Assembly: GCA_017507205.1 (NCBI GenBank)
Contig: JAFWBH010000095.1
Coordinates: 1-29,390, forward strand
DNA length: 29,390 bases
Reading direction: 5' to 3'
Origin: Clostridia bacterium
GTDB taxonomy: Bacteria; Bacillota; Clostridia; Christensenellales; CAG-917
The notes beneath the pieces were generated by a model. The model worked only from the letters and a program-made list of their open reading frames with translations, was not told the origin of the DNA and made no database searches. The position numbers were made by a program, and so were the translations under genes. The stretch's first letter is position 1; each line of letters opens with the position of its first letter. Positions 26,110-29,390 of the stretch are shown one piece after another.

Positions 26110-26414
26110 GTGACAATTACAGCTACAACAACAATTCATCAAACAATGAAAATTCAGCAGAAAAATTGATTGTTCCTATTTGGGAATTATTTTTTGACGA
26201 CAAAAAAGAAGGAGAAATAAGCGATATGGTATTAGAATCATTACTGCACAAAAAAATTAAGGTTTGGAGTGTTTTGGCAATGACAGTCAATGGTGTTCGT
26301 GGAACATATAAGGGTCAAGTGGGTGTCCTCACCTCTTATGACGATGAGTTTATTGTCCTTGACGATCAATACATATTGAGCAGAAAATTCATTTTCAGAA
26401 TTGAGCAAGCCTAA
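26106..26414 (+). CDS. Small hypothetical protein with a probable C-terminal Sm/LSm (Hfq-like) fold, 102 aa
   Basis: ATGA overlap with the apgM stop; C-terminal TVNGV...GVLTSYDDEFIVLD..YILSRKFIFRIE resembles the Sm1/Sm2 strand pattern. Confidence 0.6.
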   Translation: MSDNYSYNNNSSNNENSAEKLIVPIWELFFDDKKEGEISDMVLESLLHKKIKVWSVLAMTVNGVRGTYKGQVGVLTSYDDEFIVLDDQYILSRKFIFRIEQA

Positions 26415-26435
26415 AATTCAACAATACAAAGCAAC

Positions 26436-26467
26436 AAAAAACACGCAATCTTGCGTGTTTTTATTTT
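26436..26467 (+). terminator. Intrinsic terminator of the apgM operon
   Basis: AAAAACACGCAA-TC-TTGCGTGTTTTT followed by ATTTT. Confidence 0.85.
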
Positions 26468-26488
26468 CCTTTCCCGAAATTCCTTCAT

Positions 26489-26516
26489 AAAAAAAGCTCC
26501 GCCTAAAAGACGGAGC
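26489..26516 (-). terminator. Intrinsic terminator of the candidate sRNA
   Basis: Minus strand GCTCCG-TCTTTTAGG-CGGAGC followed by T7. Confidence 0.8.
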
Positions 26517-26588
26517 ATTTTCCACGATTAAATTTTCTTAATCGGACTACGGTCATATCCCTGCCGCATCAGACACAACTATGTTGCT
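26489..26588 (-). ncRNA. Candidate ~100-nt small RNA, family not recognised
   Basis: Own near-consensus promoter and terminator, three predicted hairpins before the terminator, no RBS-led ORF. Confidence 0.55.
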
Positions 26589-26593
26589 TCTAT

Positions 26594-26622
26594 AGTATAT
26601 GCAATGCTCCTGCGTTTGTCAA
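26594..26622 (-). promoter_or_regulatory. sigmaA promoter of the candidate sRNA
   Basis: TTGACA (26617-26622), 17 nt, TATACT (26594-26599). Confidence 0.8.
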
Positions 26623-26714
26623 TGGGTTTTGTCAAAAAAATCTTTACTTTTTTGTAATTTCTTTATACTTTTCTATTTTTGCACGATTTTCTTTTTTGGT
26701 TTGCTTACTGCATG

Positions 26715-27620
26715 TCAGTCTTGTATTATCCTTTGAAGGAATTTTTCAACCATACCGTTGTTGGTGGTGGCATCCTTTCCCTTCCAATTCAGACAGAAGC
26801 AATGATTGCTGGCAAAGGATGTTGAGTGATATTCCTCGTGATACACTCCATTTTCTTCAAGCTTTGCCATAAGTCTTTCACTTTGTCCCTTGCAGAATAT
26901 ATCCTTCTCAGCGTATGTTATAAAAGTCGGTGGGAATTTTTCATTGACAAGCTCCACCGTGGTGCATAGGTCAAGATATTCATAGGTGTCAATATCTTTC
27001 ACATCAATGTCGGCGAAGTCCTTGAGGATGACTGCCCCCATATTCAAGGGCAATTTGCCACCTAATGCTGTTCCAATATCATATATTCCACAATTGAGCA
27101 GTGCGCCCTTGAAGGCTATGTCTGTTGTGACGCCGATTTTCTCTTGTATTTCCTTGTGATTGACAACAGATATCACTGCCGTTGAATAATACGCTCCTGC
27201 ACTATCCCCTGCAATGACGATTTTGTCAAGATCAAGGTTGTATTTCTCTGCATTATTTTTTATCCAATTCAATGCGTGGATAAGATGTTGAAGAGGTGCT
27301 GGAAATTTATACTCAGGGCAAAGGCCATAGTTGACGTTTACAACAAAATATCCTTGCGCTGCAAACCACTCTGACACAGCTCGTCTATGATGCTTGTCGC
27401 CAGCAACAAATCCACCACCGTGAATATAAAACATTACAGGATATCTGCCCACGTCATTTTTGACGAAATAGGTGTCCAGTCTGCACGCCTCATCATCATG
27501 ATAGGATATGTCCTTTTCAACGATGAAATCTACATCCTTGTAATAATTTTTTCTGCGCTTGTTTTGTGGATGATCAAACAAAACGTCAATTGCTTTGAAT
27601 ATGGTTGTTGCAATACTCAT
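26715..27620 (-). CDS. Alpha/beta hydrolase, hormone-sensitive-lipase family esterase/lipase, 301 aa
   Basis: YIHGGGF oxyanion motif, GDSAG nucleophile elbow, C-terminal NHCF. The start at 27620 (MSIATT) follows AGGAGG; the track's 27656 start lies inside the promoter. Confidence 0.9.
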   Translation of the reverse strand: MSIATTIFKAIDVLFDHPQNKRRKNYYKDVDFIVEKDISYHDDEACRLDTYFVKNDVGRYPVMFYIHGGGFVAGDKHHRRAVSEWFAAQGYFVVNVNYGLCPEYKFPAPLQHLIHALNWIKNNAEKYNLDLDKIVIAGDSAGAYYSTAVISVVNHKEIQEKIGVTTDIAFKGALLNCGIYDIGTALGGKLPLNMGAVILKDFADIDVKDIDTYEYLDLCTTVELVNEKFPPTFITYAEKDIFCKGQSERLMAKLEENGVYHEEYHSTSFASNHCFCLNWKGKDATTNNGMVEKFLQRIIQD

Positions 27621-27642
27621 AGCCTGCCTCCTATATAAATCT

Positions 27643-27671
27643 AGTTTATCACACAATCATTCTGTTGGCAA
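27643..27671 (-). promoter_or_regulatory. sigmaA promoter of the hydrolase gene
   Basis: TTGCCA (27666-27671), 17 nt, extended -10 TGa-TAAACT (27643-27648). Confidence 0.65.
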
Positions 27672-27931
27672 AAGAAATCTTTTGCTATGCTCAAAAAAGA
27701 CGATAGCTCTACCCTGTCAACACATATTTTATGCTTATATAAATTTTTGAATGTTGACAATAAAAGGTGTTTATCAAATTATTTTGTGGCAGTAAAATAC
27801 CTTTTGTGTCATTTTGCAAAATTTCAACCCTATTGCATACACTTTACACCTCTCTTATGTGCGCTGTCTTATTCACACATTTCACAGCAGAATAATATGC
27901 TATATTGACGGCCTACATATAGGAGGTGCTT

Positions 27932-28390
27932 ATGTTTAACAGATGTTGCAACAACCTCTTGCAAATCAATGCAAGAACAACAGATTTTTCAAATGCAGTC
28001 CCCGTTTACAGAATGCCGTCATGCTGTGGTAGAAACTTTACAACAGCATTCAACGACACAACAAGAATTGTTGTCGGGGTCCCCGGACCTGTGGGTCCAC
28101 AAGGTCCAAGAGGCTTGACCGGCCCCGTTGGCCCTACTGGTGCAACGGGCGCCACTGGTCCTGCTGGTCCTATCGGTCCTACTGGTGCAACAGGTGCAAC
28201 AGGACCTGATGGTCCTCAAGGCGAGCAAGGCATACAAGGTGAAGCAGGTGCAGCTGCAGGCTTTGGCACACCAACTGCCACAATCACCATTCTTGACGCA
28301 ACTGCCACGCCTTACGTCACTGTGACAGCCACCGGTCCCGACACGGCCAAAGTGTTTAACTTCGACTTTGGCATCCCTGCAACAGCTTAA
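27932..28390 (+). CDS. Short collagen-like protein (20 GXY triplets, Cys-pair N-terminus), 152 aa, possible spore-surface protein
   Basis: AGGAGG at 27921-27926 then ATG 27932; GXY run at 28076-28255 with GPT/GAT triplets; C-terminal GFGTPTA...[15 protein letters not shown] motif typical of clostridial and phage collagen-like proteins. Confidence 0.85.
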   Translation: MFNRCCNNLLQINARTTDFSNAVPVYRMPSCCGRNFTTAFNDTTRIVVGVPGPVGPQGPRGLTGPVGPTGATGATGPAGPIGPTGATGATGPDGPQGEQGIQGEAGAAAGFGTPTATITILDATATPYVTVTATGPDTAKVFNFDFGIPATA

Positions 28391-28467
28391 ATAAGCCGTT
28401 TTAGAGGCTTTTAAGAGGGGTTGAGGGAATTCAATATCCACCAATTCAATTGGGGCATAGGACAAAG

Positions 28468-28495
28468 AAAAAAGCCACTCTGATGAGTGGCTTTT
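28468..28495. terminator. Intrinsic terminator of rplJ-rplL, probably bidirectional
   Basis: AAAAGCCACTC-TGAT-GAGTGGCTTTT with a U-tract on both strands. Confidence 0.85.
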
Positions 28496-28517
28496 ACTTG
28501 TTGGTAAAAATGTATAA

Positions 28518-28892
28518 TTACTTGAGTTCTGCTTCTGCGCCTGCTGCCTTGAGTTTTTCCAAGAGTGCTTCTGCTGCTTCCTTGGGGAGTTGCTCCTTGA
28601 CTGCTTTGGGTGCTCCGTCGACAACTGCCTTTGCTTCGACAAGACCAAGACCTGTTGCTTCCTTGACGACCTTGATGACTGCGACTTTGTTTGCGCCTGC
28701 TGATTTGAGGATGACGTCAAATTCTGTCTTTTCTTCTTCTGCGGGTGCTGCTTCTGCTGCTGCTCCACCAACGACTGCGACGGGTGCTGCTGCGCTGACG
28801 CCGAATTCTTCTTCGAGTGCTTTGACGAAGTTGTTGAGTTCAAGCACTGTCATGCCTTTGATTTCTTCCATAAGTTTTTGAAGATCTGCCAT
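28518..28892 (-). CDS. rplL: 50S ribosomal protein L7/L12
   Basis: [53 protein letters not shown]. Confidence 0.99.
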   Translation of the reverse strand: MADLQKLMEEIKGMTVLELNNFVKALEEEFGVSAAAPVAVVGGAAAEAAPAEEEKTEFDVILKSAGANKVAVIKVVKEATGLGLVEAKAVVDGAPKAVKEQLPKEAAEALLEKLKAAGAEAELK

Positions 28893-28952
28893 TTTTATAT
28901 TCTCCTTGAAATTTTCTAATTTTTGTTTGAGGGTCTACCTCTGTGATTTTTG

Positions 28953-29390
28953 TTATGCTTGTTGTTCTTTTTGTTCTGCAATTTTGTTCAAGACGCGAGC
29001 AAGTCCACTGATGGGTGCTTGCATGCTTCCGAGCATCTTTGCAAGAAGGATTTCTCTTGAAGGGATTGATGCGATTTCTTTGACGCCTGCTGCATTGAGG
29101 TATTCGCCTTCAACCATACCACACTTTGCCTTCATCTTGTTAAGCTTCTTAATGTTGTCGAAGATAACTTTTGCTGGGCTTGTTGCGTCTGTTGATGAGA
29201 ATGCCACTGCTGTAGGTCCGTTGAGTGCTTCATCGAATTGGGTGTAACCGAGTTCATTGAAAGCACGTTGGACAAGACGGTTTTTGAGGACTTGGTAGTC
29301 CACGCCTGCTGTTCTCATTTCCTTACGGAACGCTGTGTCTTGTGCGACGTTGAGTCCCATATAGTCAATGATGACAAGGCCTTTTGCCGT
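28953..29390 (-). CDS. rplJ: 50S ribosomal protein L10, 5' end outside the window
   Basis: ...GLVIIDYMGLNVAQDTAFRKEMR..YQVLKNRL..LNGPTAVAFS..IPSREILLAKMLGSMQAP; the frame is open to the right edge. Confidence 0.98.
   Translation of the reverse strand, partial: TAKGLVIIDYMGLNVAQDTAFRKEMRTAGVDYQVLKNRLVQRAFNELGYTQFDEALNGPTAVAFSSTDATSPAKVIFDNIKKLNKMKAKCGMVEGEYLNAAGVKEIASIPSREILLAKMLGSMQAPISGLARVLNKIAEQKEQQA

Noticed and set aside
28393-28410. AAGCC-N8-GGCTT hairpin after the collagen-like gene
   Set aside because: Only 5 bp with a weak U-tail; the bidirectional terminator at 28468-28495 is sufficient.
28440-28518. rplL not followed by rpoB
   Set aside because: Separation of rplJL from rpoBC is common in Clostridia and is not unusual.
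28019-28843. 274-aa minus-strand ORF spanning rplL and the collagen-like gene
   Set aside because: Alternate-frame read-through of rplL crossing its terminator; low-complexity Gln/Ser product.

Overview
Chromosomal window from a low-GC Gram-positive bacterium, probably Clostridia. This assignment is inferred from sigmaA-type promoters, AGGAGG RBSs, a lipobox and rplJ-rplL. Positions 1-17085 are a single minus-strand ORF that the supplied ORF track omits because it runs off the left edge. I translated this frame by hand and found no stop in 5,695 codons. The product is a giant acidic lipoprotein (MKKLKIALLIVLLISMVTCMFA-C) with a Pro-rich tether followed by at least 14 diverged tandem repeats of about 310-340 aa core length. 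Each repeat has alternating-hydrophobic beta-strands, amphipathic helices and a G[ILV]Y-x(n)-LY[ILV]D hairpin reminiscent of LolA/LppX-type lipid-carrier folds. Repeats 2-13 each carry a conserved EA[MQSL][ASTP][ASM] motif in an acidic loop. Tyr-rich mini-modules, some nested in each other, are inserted into loops and become more abundant toward the C-terminus. To the right lie a putative mutarotase-fold protein, a GH20 hexosaminidase, a small membrane protein plus an HGSNAT/DUF1624-like protein, a bPH_2 membrane protein, a GH127-like protein that appears to lack its catalytic Cys/Zn residues, apgM, an Sm/Hfq-like small protein, a candidate ~100-nt sRNA with its own promoter and terminator, an HSL-family hydrolase, a short collagen-like protein, rplL and partial rplJ. 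No mobile element, CRISPR array, rRNA or tRNA was seen.
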